Assembly (NCBI GenBank): GCA_010093745.1
Contig: MU005963.1
Span: 20,217 to 84,216, forward strand
DNA: 64,000 nucleotides
Reading direction: 5' to 3'
Origin: Piedraia hortae CBS 480.64
Lineage: Eukaryota
Shown here: positions 22,901 to 35,360 of the stretch, in pieces
Position numbering within the stretch: position 1 is the first letter of the stretch
Layout of the letters: each line of letters starts with the position of its first letter
Notes under the pieces: model-generated
What the model saw: only the letters and a program-made list of their open reading frames with translations
What the model was told of the DNA's origin: nothing
Database searches by the model: none
Made by a program: the position numbers and the translations under genes

Positions 22901-24548
22901 GAATGTATACAAAGTCCTTTGCACAGTCAATGGCCCTGCTAACCTGCCACATGTGGTCTCTGCCATCCACCAGCCACCGCGCCCAGACATTGTGCCGCAC
23001 CGGTGCAAACGAGCCAAAGCGCTGCTTCTTCACCCAGACAGTCTCGTCCACCATCTTCTTGATGCTCTCCTGGAACTGCACAAATTGTCTTTCAGTCTTG
23101 GCAACCAGCTTCATCTTCCTTTCGGAATTGTACAGTCGAATCACGTGGTGCTTGGCTCCGATGGTGGAATCAGCTGTGACCAAATCGGTGGAGTCTGATT
23201 TAGGCTGTATGGCTTTTTTTGTGCGTTTCTCAGTGCGAAAATCAGAGTCCACAAGGAAGACGTCATACGGGACGAGAGACTCGGGACCATCGACGCAGAT
23301 GATATACGACTGACGCACGAGGAACCAGCGTGACTTGTGACGGTCCTGAAATCCTCCTGCCGCCTCCTTGGCGAGTCCAAGCATGAGAGCTTTCCGCCCC
23401 AGTTCCCGATGTCTTCGGCTGACAATGTTGAGCAGGCCTTGCTTCCCCTGATATCCGCCCTCTGTGCTTAGTCTGATAGCTAGGGCGGATAGTTCAAGAA
23501 ATTTGCAAAGGCGAGTGGAATCAGCACGGAAGATGAGCCAATTAATCATGCCTTGGAGGTAAGCCTCGAGCTTCCGTCTTTGGCGTTCTTGATAGACTTC
23601 TTGCTTCTTTGGGTCTACGTGAGCACCGGACAGAGTGTCACTGGTCCCAGTTCTGGTTGGCGGAGCAAAGGAGCTTTTCCTCCGTCGATGGAGCGAAGGA
23701 CGTTCGTTCTCTGGGATTGTTGAAGGCCCCGGGGTTTCCGATTGGCGCCGAGGTTGCTCTCCCGGCGTGACAACATCGGGCTCCTCTTCCTCTTCCTCGT
23801 CTTGCAGTTTATCAAACAGACCTCTGACACCACGAGCAAAAGGAAACGCAGACCTCGGAAACCGCGGCATCTTGACCTTTGTCTTGTCCTCTCCACGCAA
23901 ATGTCGGAACTTGTCAGCCGCTGCCTGGGTCTTATATTTCACGTGGAGGTTGACAAAATCCTGCAGAGTGCGTCTAATCTGCCAATGGGTTCTGGTCGGG
24001 CCGTTTCCGTACTCAAGATCAATCTTAAAGATCAAATGACGGTCACCCTGACTGTCCTGGCGCGTTTCGCTGTGTGGAATGCGAACTTTGAGCTGTTCAA
24101 GCAGGACTGGAACCTTGCGATGGCCGTTTTCATCGCGTTGGAACATTGACGCAAACATCAAAGCAGCTGGAGCTCCGGCGAGCATTTCAGCCATCAACTG
24201 GGCCGATTTCTGGTGGTCAACGCGGGAATGTTCTTCACGTTTTCGCTGGCCCATGGCCTTGATGCCGGCCTTGACTTGACGCCATCTAAGGGCGCTGGAA
24301 CTGGCTTGTCTATCTGCTCGGAGACGGAAAGGCATCGAGCCCTCAAAGGCCGTCATTCGACGTCGATGGCCCGGCCTCTTAAGCTCCGCTCCGGGCGTCT
24401 CCGGGTCTACATGATGTCTCCGCGCATACGACAGCCCGCGCGCTCCTTCGACACCGCGCCTGAATGCATTTCGCACTCGGTCCTTGCCTTCGTCCTCCGA
24501 CGTCGCCTGCGGCCGCTCCGTCTCGTTCATGGTGGCGGCAGTGGACAT
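19901..24548 (-). CDS. SPO14: Phospholipase D1 (PX, PH and two HKD domains); intron 19977-20172
   Basis: HHEKLVVVD and YIHAKCMIVD HKD motifs, PRMPWHD, IYIENQFF-like motif and GSANINERS. The intron GTATGT...GCTAAC...ACAG restores the terminal exon WLEKEERGSNWLYNIDQLAPLEIYD*. Confidence 0.95.
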
Positions 24549-24809
24549 GGCTGCAAAACACGTGACAAGGGCTCCAGCTAGTCACAGGGGCTGCTGGCTG
24601 TCAACTGTCCCGTTCGTCCATGTTGAAGTCGAGCCTGCCGCTAGCCCGACAGGGACTAGCGTCAGGGACGACATCTGCCACAGCCAGTCAGAGGCCAGAC
24701 ATTCGACGCTTGCTGACTCATTCACGAAGCCTTCAACAGCCTCACATGTGCCGAGCTAGAACAGCATAGAGAGAGTAGTGTACACTATCATACAAATCCT
24801 TTCATAGAC

Positions 24810-26081
24810 TCACCACCCCAACTCCCCCTCTTCCCTCCTCAAAAACCCCTCCATCAACACCCCAGCCGCAACACCCACATTAAGACTATCCACCCCCAAC
24901 TCCATCCCCTTACCCCCACCCACAATCCTCACAATCCCATCCGCCCTCCTCATCAAATTCCCCCTAAGCCCTTCCCCCTCCGCCCCCAACATCAACAAAC
25001 ACGGCCGTTCTCTCAAAAGTCCCCCGACCTCCCGGGTCGTTAGCCCTCCTTCAGCAGCAGCAGCAGCATAAACCCCCCATCCAAAGTCCCTACACCCATC
25101 CACAAACTGAGCGGGCCTCCCCACCCCAAGAAGTCTTACCCCCTCGCACGCCCCAGCAGACACCTTCGCCATCACCAAACTATTAATATCCGCGCACGTA
25201 TTCCTCGCGATGACAACAGCATCGACCCCAAAGAAGAAACTCGACCGCAAGATTGAGCCGACGTTTACTGGATCGAGGATCCCATCTAACATCACAACCA
25301 AAGGGAACGTCCGGGTCGTGAGTCGGGGGAGGGATTTCGCCGTCCCGTTTACAGCTTCGTCTTCTTTGCTTTGTTTTTCGAGATGTAGGGGTATCGGGGA
25401 GGATTTTGTGGGGACGCGACCGAGGGAGAGGAGGGGTGGACACGGCAAGCTGCTCGTCTCGAGGACTACGCCGTTGTGAGGCCTGTCGTGGGACATTTTG
25501 TTTAAAAGGGGGGTGGGGGAGTGTTTGATTTTGAGGGAGTGATGCTTTGCGAGACGGAGGATTTCATTGTGGTTTGTGGAGGGGGCGAGGTGGAGGGTGT
25601 AGAGTTTTCGCCGGGCTGAGCGTAAAGCGGCGAGGACGGTGTGTGTCCCGTAGAGGAAATGGCTGGAAGAGGTTGTGTATGGGATTGGGAGGGGAATTGC
25701 GTTTTCGTCTTTGGGGGAGCGGTGGAAGTTGCGTTTTGGGGGGAGGGGTTGGGATTCCTTTCTTGGTGGGCTTCTAAGTGGTGGGCTGGGGTTACGATTG
25801 GGTTTTTTGTAGTCGTCTTTAGGTGCATTTCTGCGGTCTGGTGGATGATTTTGTGTTCGACTGCCACGAAAATTGGCTCTTTGTGCAAATTGTTGTCCAG
25901 TTCCTGATTTAGGTGGCTTTCCAGCTTTCACAGGCGTATAAGCGGCTTTCCTTCGATCTGGTTTCTCACGTTTTCCGTCGAGCATACGCGTAGCACGCTG
26001 GCCTCTGCGAATGGCTGACGTAGTGGACACATTGCGAACGTTATGCACGATGCCTAGGAAAATTCTCCGAGTTGAAAGCAT
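24810..26081 (-). CDS. MRM1: Mitochondrial rRNA 2'-O-methyltransferase (SpoU/TrmH family)
   Basis: LYGTHTVLAAL, RPHNGVVLE, LDGILDPVNVGSILRS, GAEGEGL, DSLNVGVAAG. An alternative ATG lies at 26111. Confidence 0.9.
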   Translation of the reverse strand: MLSTRRIFLGIVHNVRNVSTTSAIRRGQRATRMLDGKREKPDRRKAAYTPVKAGKPPKSGTGQQFAQRANFRGSRTQNHPPDRRNAPKDDYKKPNRNPSPPLRSPPRKESQPLPPKRNFHRSPKDENAIPLPIPYTTSSSHFLYGTHTVLAALRSARRKLYTLHLAPSTNHNEILRLAKHHSLKIKHSPTPLLNKMSHDRPHNGVVLETSSLPCPPLLSLGRVPTKSSPIPLHLEKQSKEDEAVNGTAKSLPRLTTRTFPLVVMLDGILDPVNVGSILRSSFFFGVDAVVIARNTCADINSLVMAKVSAGACEGVRLLGVGRPAQFVDGCRDFGWGVYAAAAAEGGLTTREVGGLLRERPCLLMLGAEGEGLRGNLMRRADGIVRIVGGGKGMELGVDSLNVGVAAGVLMEGFLRREEGELGW

Positions 26082-26200
26082 TTTGTTGTGTTTCGAGTGG
26101 TGCGTCAGCATTAATACGCACTATGCCACTAGCTGTTATTACTGCAGCACTAGCGCGTCATGGATGACACTCCCACCCAACGACCATCTGACAGACTGCC

Positions 26201-27169
26201 ATGGCCCTGACGCTACACTCCTCCGTATCCCCCTTCTCCTCCCCACCCACAACTACCCACCCCAACTTCACCACCGTCCCCCCCACCTCCTGGAAACGTC
26301 TCAACATCTCCGGCCTCCTCGTAACCATCTATGGCCTGGACGAAATTCAGCCCACCAACCCAACAACATGCCTCTGGCTCCTCCACGGCCGAGGCGACAC
26401 GCAGGACAGCATGTCCCACATTGCCGCCGACTTCATCCACACCTGGAACAACCACACCCGCAAAACATCCCATCAAAACCTCATCTGCGCAACACTCGAC
26501 CAACGAAACCACGGAAGCAGGCTAATCGACAACCTGGCGAACCTCTCCTGGAAACAGGGTAACCCAACCCACGCGCAGGATATGTTTGGGACGTTTATGG
26601 GCACTGCGTCGGATGTATCTCATTTGATTGATCATTTGCCGTCGTATTTGCCGTGTAGGGTCACGGAGTGGGTTTGTTGTGGGTTGAGTCTTGGCGGACA
26701 TGCGACGTGGCAGGTTTTGATGTTTGAGAAGAGGGTTAAGGCTGGGCTTGTGATTGTTGGGTGTGCGGATTATGGCGCTTTGATGAGGGATCGGGCGGTT
26801 AGGAGTAGACTGTCCTCCGCGGAGACGAATGGGGGGGAATTCTTTGGGTCAAGTGACTTTCCGCCGGGATTGGTTGATGTTGTGAAGAGGAGGGATCCGG
26901 CGGCTCTGTTCTTTGCGGGTAATGCTGCTGAAATTGCGCGTGAGTATTTGGGTGGGAAGATCATTCTGTGTTTGGCTGGGGCGAAAGATAAGCTTGTTCC
27001 GAGAAAGTTTAGTGAGAATGTGTTGGGAGTGTTGGCGGAGTGCAGTGAGATCAGGATAGACAGCTTTGTTGATCCTGACGCGGGGCATCAGTTTACGGAT
27101 GCGATGCGCGAGAGGGCAAGGGAGTGGCTGTGCAGGCTGCTTGACGATACACCAAGATATAGGATGTGA
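26201..27169 (+). CDS. Alpha/beta-hydrolase (esterase-like)
   Basis: LLHG, DQRNHG, nucleophile elbow GLSLGG, then GAKDKLVP (Asp) and AGH (His). Confidence 0.88.
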   Translation: MALTLHSSVSPFSSPPTTTHPNFTTVPPTSWKRLNISGLLVTIYGLDEIQPTNPTTCLWLLHGRGDTQDSMSHIAADFIHTWNNHTRKTSHQNLICATLDQRNHGSRLIDNLANLSWKQGNPTHAQDMFGTFMGTASDVSHLIDHLPSYLPCRVTEWVCCGLSLGGHATWQVLMFEKRVKAGLVIVGCADYGALMRDRAVRSRLSSAETNGGEFFGSSDFPPGLVDVVKRRDPAALFFAGNAAEIAREYLGGKIILCLAGAKDKLVPRKFSENVLGVLAECSEIRIDSFVDPDAGHQFTDAMRERAREWLCRLLDDTPRYRM

Positions 27170-27280
27170 AGAACAGTCGTAATGGCTGTGTGACACAAAT
27201 AGCCTTTCTTGGCGTCTCATGCAACAACCCCGCTTACCGCAGAGTGTAGCTACAGCTCACCCACCCTGCTTGATGTCGGG

Positions 27281-29712
27281 ATGGAAGTTTTCAAGCTCAC
27301 CAAACGCTGGGAATTCAAACAAACCAACACATCCACCTGGCTTCCCGTTGCTCAAGTCCCAACAAACGTCCATCAAGATCTGATAGCCAACAACATGTTC
27401 GTCCTAGAAAATCTCCCTCTCTCCAAATTTAACCCCCCCACAGAATTAAAGACCCCTTCCTCGACCTCAACGAGCAAGACTGCCAATGGGTCGGCAAAGT
27501 CTCATGGACGTACCGCCTCAAATTTCCCGGCCAGAAGGGCTCTAACAAACACACTATCCTCGCCTTTGACGGCCTCGACACCTTCGCCACCGTAACCCTT
27601 AACAATCATACCATCCTCACATCCAGTAACATGTTCATCCCCCACCGTGTGGATATCACCGAGACCCTCATCCCAGGCACAAACACCCTAGCTATCACCT
27701 TCCGCCCCGCCCTCCTCGAAGGCCGCAAACTCCTCACCACCCACCCATCTCACAAATACATTTGCTCAAACGGCGAACCATCCCGTCTCCCCGTCCGCAA
27801 AGCGCAGTATCACTGGGGTTGGGACTGGGGTCCCGTCCTCCTAACCTGCGGTCCCTACCGCGAAATCCGTCTCGAATCATACTGTACCCGCATCTCCGAC
27901 CTCACCATGTCCTACATCCTTGCCCCCTCTTTCACCTCCGTAAGCGGAACGCTCACCGCAAGAATCGAAGATCCCCCCGCGGGGGCGAATGTGACATTTA
28001 CCGCGACATTCGAAACCGAGCGTGTCTTCCATGCCACCGTCCCGGTAATAAAAGGCGAAGCATCTCTACAGTTTTTCGTTCCCGAGGTGAGGGTGTGGAT
28101 GCCTCATACTTATGGGATGCCGCACCTCTACACCATAATCGCGACGCTGCAGCCTGTACATCATGAAGTGAGGCTCCGCACGGGGTTCAGGGAGGTGGAG
28201 TTGGTCCAACGTCCCCTTCGTTCCGGGAAGACGTTCCTCCTCAGGATCAACGGCGTGGATATCTTTTGCGGGGGGAGCAATCTCATCCCCACCCCGCGAA
28301 GCGACCCTACAGACCTCCTCCGCCAGTGCGTGGAGGGGAACCAAACCTCTCTCCGAATCTGGGGCGGGGGGGTGTATCCCCCCGATGAGTTTTATGCTTG
28401 CGCGGATGAGTTGGGGGTGGTGATACTCCAAGACTTCATGTTCGCGTGTGGGAATTATCCTACCTACCCCGCCTTTCGGCAGTCTGTTGCGGAAGAAGTA
28501 GAATCGCAGGTAGGGAGGCTAACGCCCCATCCGAGTGTATGTTTCTGGATGGGGAATAACGAGTGTTATGATTTGATTAGAGAGTATGGATTAGAGTATG
28601 ACTGGGAGGACAAAAACCCCAGGGGGTGGTTAAAGACGACCTTCCCAAGCAGGTGGTTATTCGAGCACCTGATCCCCAGAGCTGTGATGGGGCCGTATTC
28701 GCCTGCTTCGCCGTTCACCCCGCAGGGGAAGCCCCCCAACGATCCCAACGCAGGGGATATGCACTACTGGGGGATCTGGCATGGGGGGAAGAGAATCGAT
28801 GAACCCGGGGGTGGGCGGTTCGTGAGCGAATTCGGGATGCAGGCTTTTCCGTGTCCGGAGACGATCGAGAGGTTCGTAACCGACCCAAGAGAAAGACACC
28901 CGCAGAGTAAAGTCTTGGATGCGCACAACAAGGCCACGGGTCATATGACTAAACTCGCGGGGTATGTTGCGGAGAATTTGCCGCTGAGTGGAGGGGAGTG
29001 GTGGTATCTTACACAGCTTCTGCAGGCGGAGACTATGCGGTTCAAGCTTTCAGAGTGGAGGCACGACTGGGGGAGGAGGGGGTGTGGTGGGGCGTTGGTC
29101 TGGATGCTTAATGATTCCTGGCCTGCTGTGTCGTGGTCACTGGTGGACTGTTACGGGGTTAAGAAGATGAGTTTTTATGCGGTGAAGCGCGCATTTGGGA
29201 GGGTTGTGGTCGTTGTGCGTATGTTGGAGGGGGGGGTGAGGTGTTGGGTCACGACGTATGCGTTGGGGGGGGTGGATGTTACGGTTCAGGTTCGTGCGGT
29301 GGGTATTCATTCCGGAGAGGTGGTTTGGGCGTGGAAGGGGGATGTAAGGTTAACGCCGAATGGCACGACGGATGTGGATCTCGCTCATGGGCCTCAGGGG
29401 GGGGATTTTGTCCTCGCAGCGACGTGTTGGGTCGAGGGGAGGGTCGTGTCCAGGGATGTGGAGTGGCCTGTTCCGTTGAGGTATGTGCATGATATTGGGA
29501 GGGAGAGGGGGGTTAAAGTGAGGGTTAATGGGGAGAGGGTTGTGATTACAGCGGAGAAGCCGACCAAGGGTTTCAATTTTGAGGAGAGAGAGGGAGTACA
29601 GTGGAGTGATAATGCATTTGATCTTGTGCCTGAGGTGGAGTATACAGTTGAGAGGAAGGGTGACGGGGAAGTGAAGTGGACGTTTTTGGGGAAAGAAGTT
29701 GGGAAATGCTGA
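27281..29712 (+). CDS. GH2 beta-mannosidase, intracellular MndB-like; intron 27397-27443
   Basis: RKAQYHWGWDWGP, LRIWGGG, QDFMFAC, WMGNNE (acid/base) and FVSEFG (nucleophile). A 47-nt intron GTTCGT...TTTAAC...CAG joins exon 1 in frame. No signal peptide. Confidence 0.92.
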
Positions 29713-29824
29713 TCACCTTTCAACACATACGATTGTAGATGATATGAGCAGCAGAATGAATACATCAACGAAAAACAAAACTCCCTGTAATCTATACACC
29801 CACATTACTCTCATCACATAATAA

Positions 29825-32263
29825 TCATACAACCACCAATGCAACCAACACCGGCACCGTCCACCCAACAGCCTGCCTTACTGCACCACCGGTATACTGC
29901 GCAGGGGTATACGTCGCCGTTCCCGTATCCGTGTACGAAATCTGAGGCGCATAGGTAAATGTGCTGGCCGCCTGACTTTCAGTAGGTCCGCCGCTCTCGG
30001 TCATGGCGCTAATTGCCGGAATGCCAGTGTCGGTTGGGATGGAAGACACGGAGATGTATTGCGTTGTTGATGAGGGTACGATGGGTGGGGTGGTGGTTTC
30101 GATTGTGGTTGATTCAGGAATAGGGAGGGGGGTGGTTTGGACCACTGTAGATGCAGCTGGCGTGTCGACTGTGCTGGTCGTGGTTGGGGATGCTGGTGTT
30201 GTCTCTTGGACGGTTGAGGGAGAGGGGGAGAATGAGGAGTGGACTGGCGGTGGCACGACTGCTGTTGACTCGGGAGTTGAAACAGTTGTTGTGTCCTGGA
30301 CTGTGGATGGCGATGGAGAGAAGGATGAGTAGGCTTGTGGAGTGTATGAGGAGTAAACCGGTGGCGGCATGACTGCGGTTGACTCGGGGACTGAAACAGT
30401 GGTCGTATCTTGGAATGTCGAAGCCACTGGCGTCTCGACTGTCGTTGCAGTCGTTGCAGCCGGTGGAGGGGCAACGTATGTCGACGTGGCTGAAAGCGTT
30501 GTTGTCTCCATGACCGTCGACGGGAGAGCGGTTGACTCGGGTGTTGGCACTACCACGGAGGCAGTGGAAGGCGAATATGCTGGTACGGATTCGGAGACTA
30601 TGACCGGAAGGGGAGCAGTTGACTGCGAGGCCAGGGTGGAGACTGCAGATGACTCCGCCGCACTGGGAGTGACTGTAACTGTTGTGGTGGTGTGCTTCGG
30701 CTTGTGGTGGGTACTAGTCTCTGGCTGATAAGAGGACGGATTGGGCACGAATGTTGAGGTCTGAACAGAAGTCGACACGTCTACAGAGCTGTAGACAACC
30801 GGCGTAGGCTGGGTGTACGTTGAAGTCTGAACCGACGTCGACACATTCACAGAGCTGTAGACAACCGGTGCAGGCTGCGTCGATTGCGGAACGGATGACT
30901 CGGTCGCCGCTGAAGTTTCGGTGACCGAGGTAAATGCTACCTCAGTGGTCGTGGACGGCGAAGGGACAACTGTAACAGTCGTCGTGGAATGCTTCGATTT
31001 GTGGTGGGTAGAAGCCTCGACCGAGACAGTGGTAGACGCGACGGAAGTCTCTGGCGAGGCGGTAACCGTGGTCATCGAGCTCTGGACGGTCGTAGCAATT
31101 GATGTCGCAACTGATGGCAAGATAACAGCCGTGGTTGCAATCGAGCTCACCACCGTCGTTGCTGAAACGCTAGGTGTCTCCGTCGTGGTCTGGATGGACA
31201 AGTTGGGGGTGTAAAAAGTCGTCTGCACCGTCGTTGCGTAGCTCATGGAATGAGTAACGGTCACCGTGGAGTTCTTGACAATTGACGAGGAAACCACAAC
31301 GGGAGGCAAGGACATGGTGGTCGTGGAGATGACCGGCGCAGGATAGCTTGAGATGATGGGGAAAGTTGCAGAGGTGTCGACAGGAGAAGCCTCAGCTGAG
31401 CTGGTGTTTCTGTGCGGCGAGACTGTAACCGTCTGCGTGGATCCTTGCACGGAAGGCGTGATTGTCTGCGTTACTGGAATGACAGACGTGGCCTGGCTGG
31501 TGACAACGCTTGAAGACACATACGTCGTCATCACAGTCGTCTTGTTGCTGACAATAGACGAGACCGTGTCAGTGGTTGTCGCCTCCACCGTCGACGTTGT
31601 TTCGTGCGTCTTCTTGGCCGGAACATGGGTAGTTGACACAGACACAGACGTCGTTACGACAGAAGGCGATCTGTACGGGCAGTTGGTGACCTCGGGGCCG
31701 CAGGATTTGATAGTCATCTGCAGCGTGCTATAGATGGTGGAGACATCATACGAAGTAACTTCGGTGACTTGCGTGATGGTTGAAGTGCGGGTAGAGAGAA
31801 CCGAGTAAGTAGATGTAAATGTTTTCCCATCAACAGTGCCCGTGGTTGTAACAGGACACAACGTAGTGTACGCCGTCACGATCTCGTGAGTCGTCAGAGT
31901 CGCATGATCAGTCGATGTCGACATCATGGTCTTGTTCTCGTAAGAAGTCATAGCAACCGTACTCTTGACTGTCGTTGCAGGAGCAGTTGCATTAACCGTG
32001 ACTGGGATCGAAGAAAACTGAGCTGGTGTAGACGATGACGACGGGAAAGGAGATGGAGAGTATGAGAACAGAGAGACCGAGCTCTATGAATCGTTAGCCA
32101 TGCTCCTCAAAGATGATGAATCACTCACAGAAGACTCCCCATATCCCCCGGGGTGTGGCTTATCATGAGGTTGAAAAGGGGACTCTGAGTAATTCCCACC
32201 ATAGCTGGGCATAGTCGCAAAGGCCGTGCCACTGAGGCACAAAAGGGCGAAGAGGGACACCAT
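29825..32263 (-). CDS. Ser/Thr/Pro/Val-rich GPI-anchored cell-wall glycoprotein; intron 32084-32128
   Basis: Signal peptide MVSLFALLCLSGTAFA. A 45-nt GTGAGT...GCTAAC...TAG intron restores the frame. TIKSCGPEVTNCP motif, internal repeats, and C-terminal YTGGA plus hydrophobic tail. Confidence 0.88.
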
Positions 32264-32960
32264 GTTCCCCAATTAAAGATGTAAGAGGAGTTTTCAAAGA
32301 ATGTCAAAGTAAAAAGAGCAAGCTGTGAGAGAATGAACGAAAGACTTGAGAAGAGAAAGGAAAGCGAGCGTGGTTTAAAGCAAGTGAGCGTCTACATGCA
32401 GTCATAGTGGCTCTCTGCGAGTCACCTTGGCCAGCCCTAGGAGACCAGATTTGGGTGTGTTCAGCCGCCGTGGCCGCATTGGTTCTGCATTGGCTAACTC
32501 TGAGATAGACAATGAAAACAGTTCATTGGCGGCATAATCATCCGCGTTTGCGCGCGCTTCGACATGAGCGTTAAGTGTTTCGAAAATGTACACAATGGTA
32601 GCTAACCGCCAACGTGGAAGTGTGGGTGCGAATATGTACGCGCTTAATTGGCGCCTAGGCGCGCCCCACCTCTGTTTTGACCCCAACTGGAAATGCGCTG
32701 GAAATGCAAGATCCGACCAAGATGCTCCGTGGGCCATCCTGATCATAGCTTGATACCATCATGGAGAGCTTCGTGTCCACACGCAGGGACAAAATGCCAT
32801 ATTTAACCTGCTTCAATGCTTGTGCTTCACCTAGCTAAGTGGTAAACAGCATAAATCTGGAAGATACCCGAACAAACCCCGTTCAAAAGATAACGCTACA
32901 GACACAATATCATAGTCTCATTGAGGGAGCAGCTTTTCTATCCCCCTGCACAGTGCTGAC

Positions 32961-33980
32961 CTAGCCAAATTTCGGCTTACTAGATAAAGGAACCGGCGGC
33001 GGTTCTGCGGGGGTTTCACTTCGCAGGCTACTCCTCTTCGGCGGAGGTGGAGGCGGGGGTTTCTTGAACCCGCTAATGTGAGAAGCCGCTGCCTGGGTGA
33101 CGGCTGGGGGCAACGTAGAAGAGGACGACGACGTGGAGGTCGATGAAGGCAGTGTCTCCTTTCCCGTCCCCATCCGCGAAAACCTCTGCTGAAGTTCACT
33201 CAGCTGCTTTCCTGCCGAGGCTAGGGTCGAAGGTGAAGGCGTAGCTGGTTTATTTGCTTGACCTGGCGGTGTAGCAGCATCAGATCCACCCGAAAGATAC
33301 TTCTTTGCAGAAGTTAGACCAGAAAATGCAGACTGATTTGCAGACTGGTTTTCTGATTGCGGAGCTGATGCAGAAGTAGACACTCCGGAAACGTAATTTT
33401 TGGCAGCGCTTAATCCCCCAAAGGGTGGCTGTCGATCCGCAGTAGGCTGTGGAGATTCTGTAACTGTCTGCTGATAAGGAGGAGGTGGTGGTGGTTGCTC
33501 CCTCCTTGGGGGCAATGCAGGTGATGAGCTGTTAGTTCTTGGTGGAAGACCAGGCTTTGGACCAAAACTACCTTGTCGCGGAGGCAACACCGGGGTTCTG
33601 CTGGATGCTGAAGCTACCGCAGAGATTGACTGCCTCATTGGCGGTTTAGGCAGATGATCTGTTCTCAATCCTGTAGTGTCCATTCTATAAGGCTCCGGAG
33701 GGGTCGACGCTGAGGGCTCCGACTCGGACTGTGTAAATGCCGGACGGGCTGGAATTGCTGGACGTCCCAAGTCCGAGCCTCGTTTAGGTGGTGGAGCGAA
33801 CGAATTTGGATCTCGCAAGCTTGATAAAGGAGCGGATTCATGGTTGCGGGATGCTTCATATGGATCAGGTCTTCTACCAGTCGCGATGTTCTTGAGATCG
33901 CTTTTCCATGTATCACGCTTAATGGCCGGGTCATTGCTAGGATGCCAGCCGCCCTTCGCAATTCCCATAAACTTGTCCAT
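32961..33980 (-). CDS. Proline-rich protein, possibly Aim3-like actin-patch adaptor
   Basis: N-terminal KGGWHP and PLSSLRDPNSFAPPPK, many PxxPxR SH3-ligand motifs, C-terminal PPPVPLSSKP. ATG at 33980. Confidence 0.65.
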   Translation of the reverse strand: MDKFMGIAKGGWHPSNDPAIKRDTWKSDLKNIATGRRPDPYEASRNHESAPLSSLRDPNSFAPPPKRGSDLGRPAIPARPAFTQSESEPSASTPPEPYRMDTTGLRTDHLPKPPMRQSISAVASASSRTPVLPPRQGSFGPKPGLPPRTNSSSPALPPRREQPPPPPPYQQTVTESPQPTADRQPPFGGLSAAKNYVSGVSTSASAPQSENQSANQSAFSGLTSAKKYLSGGSDAATPPGQANKPATPSPSTLASAGKQLSELQQRFSRMGTGKETLPSSTSTSSSSSTLPPAVTQAAASHISGFKKPPPPPPPKRSSLRSETPAEPPPVPLSSKPKFG

Positions 33981-34138
33981 TGCGACAGCAAAACAAATGT
34001 AGTCAATCGCCAAACGATTGGACCAGTTTGTTCCCAAAATAGAAGCAATGACTAACATAGCTGACTAATCACAGTGGCTGGCCGTCGCGTCATTGGATGT
34101 CTTTTTGTTCAACTTAGCCAATCAGAACCTATCTTACA

Positions 34139-35182
34139 TTAGCTCACCATCAACACCACACTGCCCAGCTGTCGCCTAATGTCCTCCCGGTCTACATCAT
34201 GAGTGTCCTCCACCTCGCCCCATTGCTCTATTTGATACAGCACCTCGGCGCGGGCCGCATCGCTCGCTTCTTCTATGCCGAATTCCTTGTTTGTGTTGTT
34301 GGGTAGATGGCTGAACTCACGACTCCATTCAACGAGCAGTCTAATGGCCACTAGCAGTGACTTTGTAGCGAGCACGCCTCGTTCGAGAGCAGCGAGTTCA
34401 AACGGAGGTAGGCTGGCCACCCAGCTCCTAATCATCTGGCGAGTGGCTTCTGGCTGCGGACGAGGGATGATCGAATCCTCGCCCAGTACGGGATGAATTT
34501 CCACGCCCGGGAAGATGTGTGTGGTGAGAAAGGCGATGATTGGCTCGGCAAGCTCTCGCTGACGCTGCCGCAACGGCTTTCGCCCCGCGTCTTGCTCGGA
34601 CCTTTCAGGTGCCCAACATAGCAAAGTGTCGGTGCCAAGGTAGCGCATCAGCAGGTTAACGATACTTTCCCGTAGCGCTGGCTCGTTCCGTTCGTCTGCT
34701 GTGCGGATGTCGACCGCCCGAGACGTCAGAGAGGTCAGCGGAATGTAGTGTTGCTTTAGTGCCTGCTGGGCAGAAACGAGCTGGTCCCATTCCATGGCAA
34801 TGGCCATGGCCAGCGCCTTTTTGCTCTGTGGCAGCGTCAATATTTGCTTTGTCGCTGTGCGCACCGGTCGGGTATCCAACAGGACACGCAGCCCATCGGC
34901 CGCGTCCTCGACCGTGACATTCTGCCAGAAGCGCTTCTGCAGCGCCGACGCAGGCTTTGCAGGATTGACCATGGCCTGCTGGCCTTGCTGCAGCCGGTCG
35001 GCCTGCTGGCGTTTCCGCGCTAGACGGTCCTGCGCATACGAGACATCAGCTCGGGGCGCGTGTGGCGGCGGACCAGGTACGGTGGGATGAGGCAGCGGTG
35101 TGGCTGCTAGGGCTACGGAGGCGCGGAAGGCCCGCGACGACGCCAATGAGGGCGGACGGAGACTCGCGACAAAGGGCTTCAT
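34139..35182 (-). CDS. ATP12: F1-ATPase assembly chaperone Atp12
   Basis: KRFWQNVTV, LLDTRPVRT, AMEWD, IPLTSL, YLGTDTLLCW, QIEQWGEVEDTHDVD, with a mitochondrial presequence. Confidence 0.95.
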   Translation of the reverse strand: MKPFVASLRPPSLASSRAFRASVALAATPLPHPTVPGPPPHAPRADVSYAQDRLARKRQQADRLQQGQQAMVNPAKPASALQKRFWQNVTVEDAADGLRVLLDTRPVRTATKQILTLPQSKKALAMAIAMEWDQLVSAQQALKQHYIPLTSLTSRAVDIRTADERNEPALRESIVNLLMRYLGTDTLLCWAPERSEQDAGRKPLRQRQRELAEPIIAFLTTHIFPGVEIHPVLGEDSIIPRPQPEATRQMIRSWVASLPPFELAALERGVLATKSLLVAIRLLVEWSREFSHLPNNTNKEFGIEEASDAARAEVLYQIEQWGEVEDTHDVDREDIRRQLGSVVLMVS

Positions 35183-35360
35183 TACTAACAAGGCAGTGGT
35201 TCGACGCCAATAAAAGACGCCACCACCAGCGGCTCCAGCCGTCCCTCACTTTCCTTTACCCTCGCATTGCCCAGAATATGCTTTGAGGCGTAGGCCGCAT
35301 GATATCCTCAAATAGGTTGTAATTAGACCCAGACTCATTTTTTGGTCATGCTATCGAGCC

